From assembly GCA_000182565.2 (NCBI GenBank), contig KQ257450.1: DNA of 64,000 nucleotides. One strand, given 5' to 3'. Under the pieces are notes generated by a model. The model worked only from the letters and a program-made list of their open reading frames with translations, was not told the DNA's origin and did not search any database. This document shows positions 1 to 16,472 of the stretch, piece after piece. The translations under genes and the position numbers were made by a program. The number at the start of each line of letters is the position of its first letter. The stretch's first letter is position 1. Source of the stretch: Spizellomyces punctatus DAOM BR117 (lineage: Eukaryota).

Positions 1-625
1 GAAGATGGTGGAGGGTAGATGACGAAAGTCAAGCATACGAAGGAGCCGAGGAGAGTTTGGAGTTTGTGAAAGGGTAGGGCAGATACATCCTTCATTGAAA
101 GTCTGCAGCATGCGATTGATCCTGTGTTCAACACACAAAAAGGATATGGAAAAGTCAAGGGCCTTTTCACGGCATCCTCGGTTTCTCCCAAGGCGCGACA
201 ATGGCAGCATTGCTTGTGCCAATCCTCTCTCCTTCGCCACTGTTTTCCATTCATTTCAGCGGATTTCTACCCAAATCACCTGCGTATATTGTACTGCTTG
301 ATTCAATCCCACCTCAGATACCATCTCTTCATGTGATGGGACAAGGTGACACATGGGTGAGCATAGAGCGAAGTAGATATTTGGCTGAAAGATTTGGGCA
401 AGGAAGAAAAGTGGTCGTCCATGACGGAGGGTGAGTTTTTCCTTTTTTTTGTTTTGTTTGGTTTGCTCGGCTAGCTAAACTGAGGGCGAATTCGCACTTC
501 GTAGACATTTCATTCCAACAAATGCCGAACACCGTCGGACGTACCGGGAGTTTGTTGCACGGTTTATTGAACAACATGATAGTGATAGTGTAGACTCCAA
601 GAAAGCCGATATGGAAAACGCATGA
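1..625 (+). CDS. FSH1/OVCA2-family serine hydrolase, 3' part (5' end outside window)
   Basis: Spliced translation ...WWRVDDESQAYEGAEESLEFVK|IWKSQGPFHGILGFSQGATMAALL...PSLHVMGQGDTWV...VVVHDGG|HFIP...MENA*. It contains the GxSxG nucleophile, the Asp and the HxGGH His motifs; two GT-AG introns. Confidence 0.85.
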
Positions 626-911
626 CTAGATTGGTTAGTTTACTTAGATGACACAGACTGATACATATGTGAATAACCTGTTGAACTTAGCGTTGGAACA
701 CTGATTTCCCGTGTAGAAATCACTTCTGACAGGCCTAGGAATGCCTGTGGATGGTGGTGACACTTCTGGGTACTGTAACTTGTTTGACTTATGCTAATGT
801 ACCCTCCTTGCCTATTCCTTCTCTACACTAGGGTCGTCCTGTCCCTGAGGCTTGTGGGATACCTATCTTCGTCTCGGGCTCCCCTAGGTCCCCGTTCCAT
901 CACGGCCCTTA

Positions 912-1779
912 CTATAGAATACAGTCGGATTCCTTCGTAATATATTGATTACCTACATGGCAACCATCACATCTATTGACCCAGAAATCCTCCCAGCCAA
1001 ATTCAGCTGCTTGGTGTTGGTCCTTACCTGAGAACCAAAAATAGTCGCCTCTCCACATGCAATCCAGTGAACCTGCCCAATTAGGGTGTCCTGCTATGTT
1101 TTCCAAAGTCATGTCGTATCGTAAGGTACAACCAGGAGAGTTTGATCGATAGGAGGCCACCAACTGATTCCGCACTTTCCACTGGGTCCACTGCCCTGCT
1201 ATCGTTCCAAAACTGGTTTCTATCCTCTTGGTCCTTGAACCAGTCGCTGGAGTGGTCTTGTTGGCGATATTTCTCCTGCGAAAACGCCATCCCTTCTCTA
1301 AATTGGGATTGAGTCCGCCTGCTCAACCTGTGTCCTAGTCCAGCTGTTCTGTTAACATGGGATAAGTCTTTCGGTTGGTCCCTATCTCCACCCACAAGAG
1401 ACGCCCTGTGCGACACTTCCTCCCCTGAGTACGTGTATGTAACGACAACCGGATCGCTCCCTCCGTTATCTACGAGCGCATTATACGTGCCCTTATTCCT
1501 GAGGTTGTCAAGGTCTTGACATATTAGGGTTATATTCTCCCCTCTTCGCAGGCGGTACTTGACTTCATTTACTAGCGCCCATTCATGTACAGATAGCTTC
1601 TTTCCCCTTATATCGAGAGTTGCGATCCTGAGACAATCTTCATGAGTTAACCAATAGTCGGCCCCTTCTGCCCCTCTGATTATGTCGTCTCTTGAGTGTA
1701 GGGTTGTCCCCTCTGCACCCCTTAATACAACGGAAGCCCAGAAGACTAGCCGCACCAAGTTGTATACTAGTAGATACAT
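912..1779 (-). pseudogene. Intronless secreted preprotein (~289 aa if repaired), broken by one frameshift near 1200; killer-preprotoxin-like architecture
   Basis: ORF 1779-1081 begins with a hydrophobic signal-peptide-like segment (MYLLVYNLVRLVFWASVVLRGAEG). The overlapping frame ending at 912 continues as Trp/Cys-rich protein. Restoring 2 nt at GATAGCA (to GATATAGCA) gives ...QFWNDIAGQWTQWKVRNQLVASY...SDCIL*. Dibasic sites LRR and LSRR; N-glycosylation sequons NIT and NRT. Confidence 0.55.
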
Positions 1780-1995
1780 TATTACTGCTATATCCTAAAC
1801 TAACGAGGACCTACGGGACGTTTTCAAAAACGACATAGTGAGGCTCTAAAAGTACAAGTCACGATGCATCCTGGACGCCAGAATTCCCAGTGTTCGTGGT
1901 ATGGCCGGTTCCAGTGTGGATCCAAATTGAGGAAATAACACTAACTCTCTCGTGCATGCCAAACGATTGCTGGCTGTTCTCCATTCCTCCACACC

Positions 1996-2425
1996 ATGCC
2001 CCCCTTCCGTCCAGCCTGGATTCTACACTCCACAGGCCCAGTGCCAAAAATCATCCACGCGACACTACCACCATCAGTTGCACATCCACAATCCCCATCA
2101 TACCTGGCTGCCGCAAAAAAGCAGGCAAACTATGTGGCGATCTTTGCGTCCGGTATTGCCCTCACCTCTATCGTCACGGTCTTTATCGGTACTATAAGTA
2201 TTTAATAAGTATGACATCAATGTTATGAATACTGGCTTATCAGATCTCCAAGGATATCATATTCAACACCTCACTGAAGAGCTGGAGCACACAAAAGCGG
2301 ACACACATAAGCATATATTGGCGTTGGAAAAGCGGCTGCAGGCTTTGGAATCTGCATCATTAGAACAGGAAGGTAGCAGAGCGCCGCATTCGGAGACCAA
2401 GGGGAAACGTAGTGGCTGGTTCTAA
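1996..2425 (+). CDS. Small single-pass membrane protein with C-terminal coiled coil, unknown function
   Basis: ORFs 1996-2205 and 2225-2425 join in frame across GT-AG intron 2189-2243. TM-like segment YVAIFASGIALTSIVTVFI, then a heptad-like stretch; ends SGWF. Confidence 0.5.
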
Positions 2426-2651
2426 ATTGTCAGTGAAACGGCGACTTACATATGGCATTGGATCACAGCAACAATTTACAATGATACTGAATAAAACCTA
2501 CTCTTTTAATGACCCATCAGAATAAACGACAACCTACTTCCATATATGATACCAGTATTTCCCACGGATACCAATAACAAACGTCACATCCTTTGACCCA
2601 CCGATCTTCCATAAAATTCCGCTGTTTTCCCATTCTGCGCCAAAAGCGCTA

Positions 2652-3506
2652 CTAAACCACTGTCTGGTCCACGGGGCTACTCTTCCTGAACCTAAACACC
2701 CTGCCAAAACTCTCCTTCAACGAAAGAGATACGTGCACAGATGCGTTGTCCTTTTCAAGCTGAGGCGAGCTGGGGCGTTTCGAGAGGAAACCACCCACAC
2801 TCTTGTTCCCTTTCTTCCACTGCCTCTTGTACGAGTCAACGATCCAGTTCAATTGAACAGAGTTCAACGCACCCCGCCGACGACGACGAACAAACTCGAC
2901 TGCATCCAACGGGGCCATCCCGGCTTCCACGAGAGCTGCAGTCACCAGGACTGGGGCACGTCCGAGACCGGCAACACAATGAACTGCCTAATGTCAGAAA
3001 GTCAATAAGACACTGAACTTCAAGCATTTTGCGATTGACTGCATTGAAAAACTTACAATTACAGGACCGGTGCCTTCTTTGTAATCCTTTGGCATGGTCA
3101 CGAGACCAGCGAAGCGATCGTCGCACAGGGCGAGAAAGTTGTTCAGAATGGAGGCAGGTGGAATACCACCGTCCTTGAATGGCCAATCGTGCACTTTGAT
3201 GTCACTGTTCTCCAAGATGGTCTTGTCATAAGTTGGTTCACAGAGACGAACAACGTCGGTCACGCCGCGATTCTTCATCTCCTCAAGATACATCGGTAAG
3301 GTATTTGCAGTAGGACAGTCGAGGATGACGAACCGCAAGTTGCGAAATTCGACTGTCGACATAATTCTCGCAAAAGGGATGCAAGCGGGCATTTTTTGCG
3401 GAATGCTTCTAATGTTTTGTACGCTTTCAGGGATTCCGGTGTCCGACCTGGTTGCAGGTTGTACTCCAACGACTGTAGTAATGGTAGTAGTTGTGGTCGC
3501 AGACAT
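2652..3506 (-). CDS. PTP4A: PRL/PTP4A-family protein tyrosine phosphatase
   Basis: Motifs [25 protein letters not shown], and the active site [15 protein letters not shown] formed across intron 2988-3056. Confidence 0.92.
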
Positions 3507-4361
3507 GAGACCTTTCTTGATAATACAAGGTAGATATTCTAGAGTGTGTTACTCTGGCTCCAGTTCCGAGGCGGCCAACAGTACAGACTCGGTCTCTCTC
3601 CCACCAGAGAGAGCACGCGGGCTGCAACTTCCTACTCGCTTGACAAAGGGCTTCTCAGCCCATGAAAGGGAGAAACGTCGAGCAAATGGGCGGAGATGCG
3701 TAGCCAGATTTGACCAAACGAGAATACGCGCAATGTCAACGTGTGCGCGCACAATAGCAAAAACAAAAGAAACCGCCGAGAAACAAGCAATCGAGATACG
3801 AGCGAAGATAACAAAAAAAATAAAGGACAAGGGTTGCGTTCGATAAAGTTATTTACGAGTCGAGAGAGTGCAAGAGAATTAACCTCTCTTAGCCTCCGTC
3901 GTCCGAGTTTGCAAGGATGCCGCAGTCCAAAAGGAGGAAGCGGCCAGCAGCAGTCTGAGCGTTGTTTGCCAGTGGAGTGACGGCAAAGTCAAAGCGGAAT
4001 ACAATGTGTTGCAGCTGATGTAAGTCGGCGATCATGACAGTATGAAGAGCAATCTTCCCTCAAGCTGGGAACGGGGAGGTAAAGAAAAAAAGCAAGGTCG
4101 CGGGCTGGGGGGGATCGTGTTTAAAAACGACGGCCCCCCAATAATGGCGCTGTCAAGAAAATTCAAAATTTTCTCACTTTGGAACGTCTCATTCTAGTGT
4201 GACTGTGCCTCTCCTTCCCGCAAGGGCCAGTCACCAAACAAATCACAAGACTGCGCTTGGATTACGTTATCATTCCACGTGGATTGGAGAACGGGGGAGT
4301 TTGGACGATACGTTACGTGAATCCAAAGCCACCATCTTGTTTGCTTCATCTTTGCGTGGGC

Positions 4362-7300
4362 ATGACTTCCTACGAGCGGGAAAAGAGGGCCTCTCAGGTG
4401 TCCACAAAGGGTCTGGGCACGATGGCCCAAAGAGGAAGCGCGGACATGAGTGCCCCTCGTCCAACGCTGGGAGAACGTCCTCAGCTCAGGGCACTTCCGC
4501 GTGGACCGGGCGGGTCTCCCGGGATGCCTTCCCCGAGTCCTACCTCAGCGCGCCTTCCTTCGTTGGACATTCTTAAATTCGCTGACGAGGACTTTAAGGC
4601 TGAGAAATGTTAGTAACATTCGTTCTTTTTCGTTTTGTGCACTGAAGAATGGCCGGCAGCATATTGAACAGAGTGGGGGCGTAGTGGGAAAAAGGAGCAG
4701 AAACAGAGCGGATGCTCTGGGCAGACTGACTGCGTATCCTATACTGTTGCGTTTTTTTGTGTATTCTTTTTAGACTTTTTAAATACAATTGTGATAACCG
4801 AGTGCATTCTTTCTCTTCCATGTTTCCTTTCACTTTCGGGCCAAAAACTTAAACTTTTGGATATGTTTCTCGAAAGACGTTCACAACGTTCTCACCCAAA
4901 GTACGGAAGAAGGTGTGCGCGGGTTCCATCAGTCACTCATTGATGCACGAGATGCGGCTGCAGTCGATTTGCAAAGAAATGTTTACAAAAACTACAACGA
5001 ATTCGTCCTCATTTCCAAGGAAATTTCAAATATCCTTTGTCTTTAATTGCCATGCTTCTGCTTTTGCTGTTCTGCTTTGTAGATCTGACGGGTGAATATC
5101 CTTAACTCTTGAATGCGTACAGCTCGAAAGTGATATGCTCACACTTCGGTCGCTCTTGAGTGATCTGAAGGATATCAATGCAAATCTACAGACAGAAGAG
5201 ACAACGGCAGAAAGTACGGAGTATATTTTGATGTGAACTATTCTGTGATCGCTAATATCATGTTGCTTATCATAGAGGTTACAGTGGAATTAGTCGCCGC
5301 GGATGAGGACGAAAGCGCAACTCAAAAGGCGGCACCAGCTTTATCTGGACTGGCAAAACAGAGCGAAGAACAAACGCGACGGCAGCAGATGGAAGCATTG
5401 TATGAGACTGTGGAAGGACTGCAGGTAATTGACCGACATTTGTGATTCATATGTGGGAAGTCATTTCAACCAACAGCATGTCTGGATCGGTTCCCCAATG
5501 TAGAAAGTCCTTCCGGAATGGCGAAATCGCTACCTTGTTCGTGACGGTTCCCATGCCCGTTTCGCAGAAGTGAATCCAGCAAACTACAAGACAGTGCAAA
5601 ATGTTCATTTTTACCTACTGAGTGACACGTTACTTGTAACAACTAAGAAGAAAAATATCATATCAGGAAAAAGTCGCATGGTTTTAGACAAGTGTTGGAG
5701 TTTAGCGGATGTGGCGGTGGTGGACATGAAAGATTCCATTGGTATGGAGAGATATATGTTGTCTGAAATTGGCTCTTGCAATATGCAATTAACTCACTAC
5801 GTTGCGTTGGGCATGCAGAGGTTAGCAACGCGTTCAAAGTAATGAGACATCCTGATATGTTCATCTATCGAAGCGAGTCTTTGGAAGAAAAGCGATCTTT
5901 TCTGGGTGCCTTCAAAAGGTTTACCGACGAGCTCATGCTGCAGAAGAGACAAGCTGTTGAGTCGGCCAAAGCTAGACAAAGTGCGTGGGATGGAACTGCT
6001 GTTTTATCATGCTGGCTTACTGGACACTGACGCGTATTGCCCGACCGACTGTTTTGATCGCAGAGCTAGCAATACCGGTAAATTCAAGAGTGTGGTCGCT
6101 TGTACGTTTGTATTTACTGGTTCTGTAATGTGTTTAAAGGCCGCCGACCCGGAGCCTTTCTCTCCAACTCGCTCGGATACTGGTGATAGAGACACGGAAA
6201 AGCGATCAGGAAGGCCCACAAAGGATGATCTAACAGCCAACGACATCAAATGGCTCATGGAGCTACCAGACGAGCTGGATGTTCTTATCGCACATAGAGA
6301 TTTCGATCACGCCGTTTCACTTATTGAGCAAGGTAAGTGGAAGACCCCACTTGTGCGTGGCGACAGCTACCGCTACAAATCTGGCATTCTTTATGTTCCA
6401 GCGCGCCACACGCTTTCAAAAGCCAACGCTGAAACGCCACGGGTGTCGGTTATTCGAAGCAGTGTTGAAGAGCGTACAAATAGGCTTGCACAGCTGGTTA
6501 GTTTGGATCTTGCAAATCCAGTGGCCAGCAAAACGCAAGTTCAGATGAATATTGATAAGTTGCTGCGATTGGGAATGGGAGATCAGGTAATCAAGGAATT
6601 CAAGGTGTTTCGGAGGCCTCTACTACTAGTGCTCAGTTGCTCCTAATGCTTAGGCTCGAGATTTCTTTCTCACTGCTCGGACAGCTATCATCCGACATCG
6701 CATCAGGTAGATTATATCTTCTGCCTTTTCACCATAACCAATTCGCCTGATGATGTCACTCATGACTGTGCATATGTTCAGGCTCATTCGCTTCGACGGG
6801 GATGTCGCCGTCTATATATCGGACCTCGCAGAAATCGTCTTTCGCTTGATACGTAGTACATGCGACTGGTACGGCGGTTCCTTTAGGGATACAACGATGG
6901 CATCTGGTAAGCTTGGTACTTTCTAAACCTGGGGGCGAATCCATCAGACTAAAGCAGATATCTTGCTAGGGTTCATGAAATGGGTCAACCAAGAGCTCCA
7001 GAATTTTGGCACAATTTTCCGGCGTCAAGTGTTTGACTCGAAGCAAAATTTTAGCGTTATTGCCGACTGTCTCCAGCATACTTTGCATCATTGCAAACAG
7101 GTACAGTAACACATGCGTTTTCATTCGTTGAACGTCTTTATGGAGCTCGCCAACTGGGTTTTAGCTTCGAGATCTTGGCCTAGACATCACATTCGTACTT
7201 GACGACGCGTTTCACGACGACATTGTGAAGTCTATCAAAGATCATTCCAAACAATGTGAGAACGCGATCGTGGCTGCTGTGGAGGCGGATAAGTTTGCGG

Positions 7301-8802
7301 CGATAAAGCCCGATTCCCAATTCCTCGTAGGGAGAGAGGATGAGTTTGGTAAGAGGAGCTTCATCGTCTACATCGTTCATGCGCGTTTTATATCGTATGC
7401 TTCGGGTATCTAACAAATTTTCTGACAGCTGATATCACGGCCAACGTGTCGCAAAGCGTTTACGAGCTCTACAGCGTGTTCATGGAGTTTGGCGCGGACG
7501 TCTCGGTGTTAATGTCTATCTCAGTAAGCCACCCTGCTGGTCAGCAAAATGACAGGATATTGCTGACTTCCTATATTCTGTCCAGTTGTACAGCAAGATT
7601 GTTAATTGTTTGACAGGCTTCTTTGCCACTTACATCCGCAAACTCGTTGAAGTATTTGGGGGCGACTGGATTTACCGACAGGTACATCGCTCCTGAATGA
7701 CATGGTATTCCTACTATCATAAATTCTGACGTGGACCATACTATAGCGCTCCACTATATTAGTTGATGCTACATTTGTTGTTGACGATTTACTACCAAAA
7801 GTTGCCGGCCAGCTGGCTGTAGGTTTGCCCACTGGCGTGCAATGGCATTACCCTCATTTTTACCACGACTAATGGATGTCTCCTTCCTCTTCACAGCATC
7901 GCTTTGAAAGACCGATTCCAGAACTTGAGGATATGCGGGAGAAACTGAACCGTAAGATGGCTTCCCTAAGTAGCGCGCTAGTACCGACGGTCTGACCCAA
8001 CGTATTTCCTTCTTGCAGACTCCATAACAGCCATGCAAACCAAGTTTATAACGCAAACTCGCGAAAAGCTTCTTAAAGACAAATACAATTTTCCATTGGT
8101 TGATTATTCTAATGTGGGTATATGTATCTTCGCGTCTGTGGGAGATCAATGCTGACGTTTTTTCTCAATGGATTAGAACGGGGGAATCCTTGATACAGCC
8201 AAGCCTTCGGAACACATCATGCGGGTACGAGTAGTAGTCACATCATGATCAATAACTGTTAATGCCGATCGTTAAACCGGGTCCTATGCCCTATCTCAGC
8301 TTATTGACGAACTCAATACTCTGCAAGGAGCCCTAGATCCAACGCTACCGCGCAAATCAATCCTAACATCCATCGTCGATGGCATCTTCACATTCATGAA
8401 TGATCGTAAGTGTCTATATCTGTGAACCATATTTTCGTGATCTTAATTTTTCTTCCTAGCGTCCTGCTGGCAAAACGCACGCGGTCCTCGCCGCCTTGGC
8501 TTCCAAGGCGTTCAGCAGCTCATCCTCGATATCCATTTCTTTCTAAGAATATGCGAGCCATTGGTATCCGAGGAAACAAACTCGAACGCGAATATCGTAT
8601 GTGAAAAGGGCCTGCGGACCTTCTTCTCACAAAACAAAGAACTCAAAGCGGCTTTAAAGGTTGGGTTACTTTGCTTTGTGATATTACCGGAGTGTATTTC
8701 TCACTGCATTCACTGCAGACGGGCGATTGGTATGATAAACGTGTGGACGATGTCATGGCTCTCATCTCTTCCGAATTCCCCCATTTGATATCTATCACAT
8801 AA
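4362..8802 (+). CDS. EXO84: Exocyst complex subunit Exo84 (multi-exon; start approximate)
   Basis: Exon fragments LKFADEDFKAEK; PH-like region (VHFYLLSDTLLVT...LDKCWSLADVAVVDMKDS); WLMELPDELDVLIAHRDFDHAV; QQLILDIHFF. About 20 GT-AG introns; stop at 8800-8802. Confidence 0.8.
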
Positions 8803-8883
8803 AGTGAAATGATAGTATCCAAAAGATGTATACCTATACAAAATGCTTCGAATGTACATTAAACTATGCCTTGGATATTTGCA

Positions 8884-11022
8884 CTATTTTACGTGAGTAA
8901 AACTCTTCAATGGATCCTGTTTCCGACTTTGTCCTCTTCCCCTTGCACCACCACGCCCTTGTCCCTGTCCCCGTCCCCGTCGTCGATTGTTCTGCATTCT
9001 AAATGGTACATTTCCCACCCGCGTTCTCGACGACGCATTATTCTTTGAGGGAAGGAGGTAATCGGGGACATGTTTCATATGCTGCTGAACGCGGGCTGGG
9101 TGGAGTGGTTTGTCGTGGCGGAGAGCTTGGAGATCTGTTGGGTTATCCTCAAAATGTGCCTGTGACATCAAAATAACGTTCAGTCTTCATCCGGAAAATG
9201 TCATGCTGGACTCGCATATACCTTAAGCTTCTCCGAATTCAATATCTCCATCTTTAATTCTTTCATTCGCGCCTCCTTCACTGCGGTTCTTGTTACTGCT
9301 CTAAGGGCATCCTCTGCTCTGTACCTGAAGGCTTCCACCTGCTTCATGTCAAAAGTGTAGGGAGTTATACTCCGCCCAATCGCAGTCTGTTTCCTTTGTA
9401 TCCGCTCAAGAACAGATTCATCTTCAATAGGTTTGGCAGACACAGGTTGCTGGCCCTTTTTCTTCTTTGGTGGGAGGGGAGTGGGACTTTCAGGGGATTG
9501 CACCACAAAACTTAGAGCCCAACCTTGGTTACCGACGCCTCGTGCAGTTCGGCCAACGCGATGCATGTACGAACGTGAGGAAATGGGGAGATCGAAGTTG
9601 ATGACGGATTGAACGTTTTGAAAGTCGATTCCACGAGAGACTCCATACTCGGTGTCTTTCGGTTGCTGTCTTTGGCGTTTATTCTTCGATGATGCAGAAT
9701 CTGAAGGTGCCGACCGTTTCCGGCCTGTCGACTCATGTTCTTCATCATCCTCGACTTCGGCAGCACCTTGCTCATCCTCCGCATCGCCTTCGTCGTCTGA
9801 ATCTCGCTCGTTGTTCAACATACCAGCCTCATCCGTTGCTATGATGTAATCATATACCCCCCTATTGAATTCCTGCACGATGTGATATCGACTCTTCAAA
9901 GGAAGTCCTGAATTCAAAGTACAGCATTTTATTCCAAATTGCTCCAGGAATAGTTTTAACTTGTAGCACCGATCTATATCATTGACGAATATGATACATT
10001 TCCCTGTACCAAAGGGATGTATCCGGAGTTTCAGAATGAAATATGTAAGAAGGAATTTGTCGTTGTCCAGACACTTGACAAAGTATTGAGTGAGTAGGGA
10101 TTCGCTGGCTGCTGCGTCGTTGAGTTTGAGGATGGCTGGATTACGGAGAACGAGTTGTTTTAACTGATCTACGTCCTTTGGATAATATGCACTTTATCAG
10201 ACAAGGGACGGATAAGAGGATGTATAGATCTTCGTCCACTTACGGATGACATGGTTGCACTCATAAGATAGCTTTGGTATATCTTTGGGAGGAAGCCCAG
10301 AACCTTACGAACGTCCTCATCGTATCCATAGGACAGAATCAGATCAGCTTCGTCGATTACCAGAGATTCCAATGAATCCTTCAATTCCACGTTCTGCAAA
10401 TGTACAAGCGAAGGCGTTAGAAGAGTCTTTCACAAGAATTTACGAAAATGTCCGCTGCCTTACATGTGCTTCCAACTGAGCCAGAATCTTGCTCGGTGTT
10501 GCAATTATAATATCCGGTCTTTCTGCTAAAATGGCTCTAAAAATGTCAGATTGTTGAAGTTAGCAAAGGGTGAGGGCTGGGTGAGGGTACCAGGACCACC
10601 TACTTTTGATTGGCCACCGACTGATCGCTCGTCGCTAAATTCACCGCAACTACCTCCTTTGAGCAGTACAAACATAAATCCTTCACATGTCTCGAAACTT
10701 GCTCCGCCAACTCCCTCGTTGGAACCAATATCAGCGCTCGAACACCTGGTTCCTTGGAACTCCGTCCACCTTCTTTTCCCAGCAGAATTTTTTGGATAAC
10801 CGGCATGCAATATGCAGCTGTCTTTCCAGAGCCCGTCCGTGCACGAGCCAGAATATCTTTGCCTTGAAGTGCAAGTGGAATTGCGCTGGACTGGACAATT
10901 GTGGGGTGTGTGTAGCCAAGTTTGGCTATTGCACGTAAAAGTCGGGTGTCAAGGTCCAAGGACGTAAAGCCGGAATCGGTATCAAGAAGGTCAGACGAGA
11001 CGGAGCTCGCTTGGACCGCCAT
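8884..11022 (-). CDS. DBP9: DEAD-box RNA helicase Dbp9/DDX56
   Basis: Q motif ([10 protein letters not shown]), [46 protein letters not shown], and [13 protein letters not shown] typical of Dbp9. Confidence 0.95.
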
Positions 11023-11312
11023 ATTTTAGAGTAATACGACAGAAAGGAAACCAAAAGGAATCTATGTGAAATTGGGCAAACTTTGGGAATTGCCCATCCG
11101 TCCGCACGCGTTAGTTCAAACAAAAACAAATAAAATCCACCATTAAACCTGTTTGGGAATTCGTTGAATTCGGATAGATCCAAATAGGTATTGAATTGGA
11201 TTTAATTCCAATTGCAAATCGTATGGATCCAGTCGTGTCGTGAGAAGTCCGAACGATGAGTTCCGACCAACACGACGTTTGCAGATCTTGGCCGACAAAC
11301 AGGATAGAAAAC

Positions 11313-15966
<4,654 letters not shown>

Positions 15967-16472
15967 AGTGTACATGGGATGCTATTCAATGGAAACGTTG
16001 GGTTCTGACGATCAGATAGATGGCATAATTGTTGGGCTTGTATTTTCCTTAGTTTGAATTTGTATATTTCGCCATCTATATGTAATTATGTCAATGGGAA
16101 TTTACGTTGAATGCAGAATCAACGATATATGCTGATCCATCACTTGGCATGTAATGGTGCAAAAAAAAACATGAACGAAAATCAACATATTCTTGAGGAT
16201 GGAAATCACGTCGTCTATGTCTTTTCCACGACCATAACCAGCAGACGGCAGATGATTGTTCAACTGTGACATAACCTGTTACGTCAGCATCGGATGTTGA
16301 CAGCAAGATAATGGCTAGTCCACCTGAACATCTCTATTTCCCTGCACATTGACAACCTCCACGATGGATTCGGACATAAAGGTCAGTAAAGTAAAGGATA
16401 TACAAAGCTTGAGAGCTGAATGTTGCAAATCCGTCAATTTACGTGCGGTTTGTATTTAAGAGATGGATAAGT

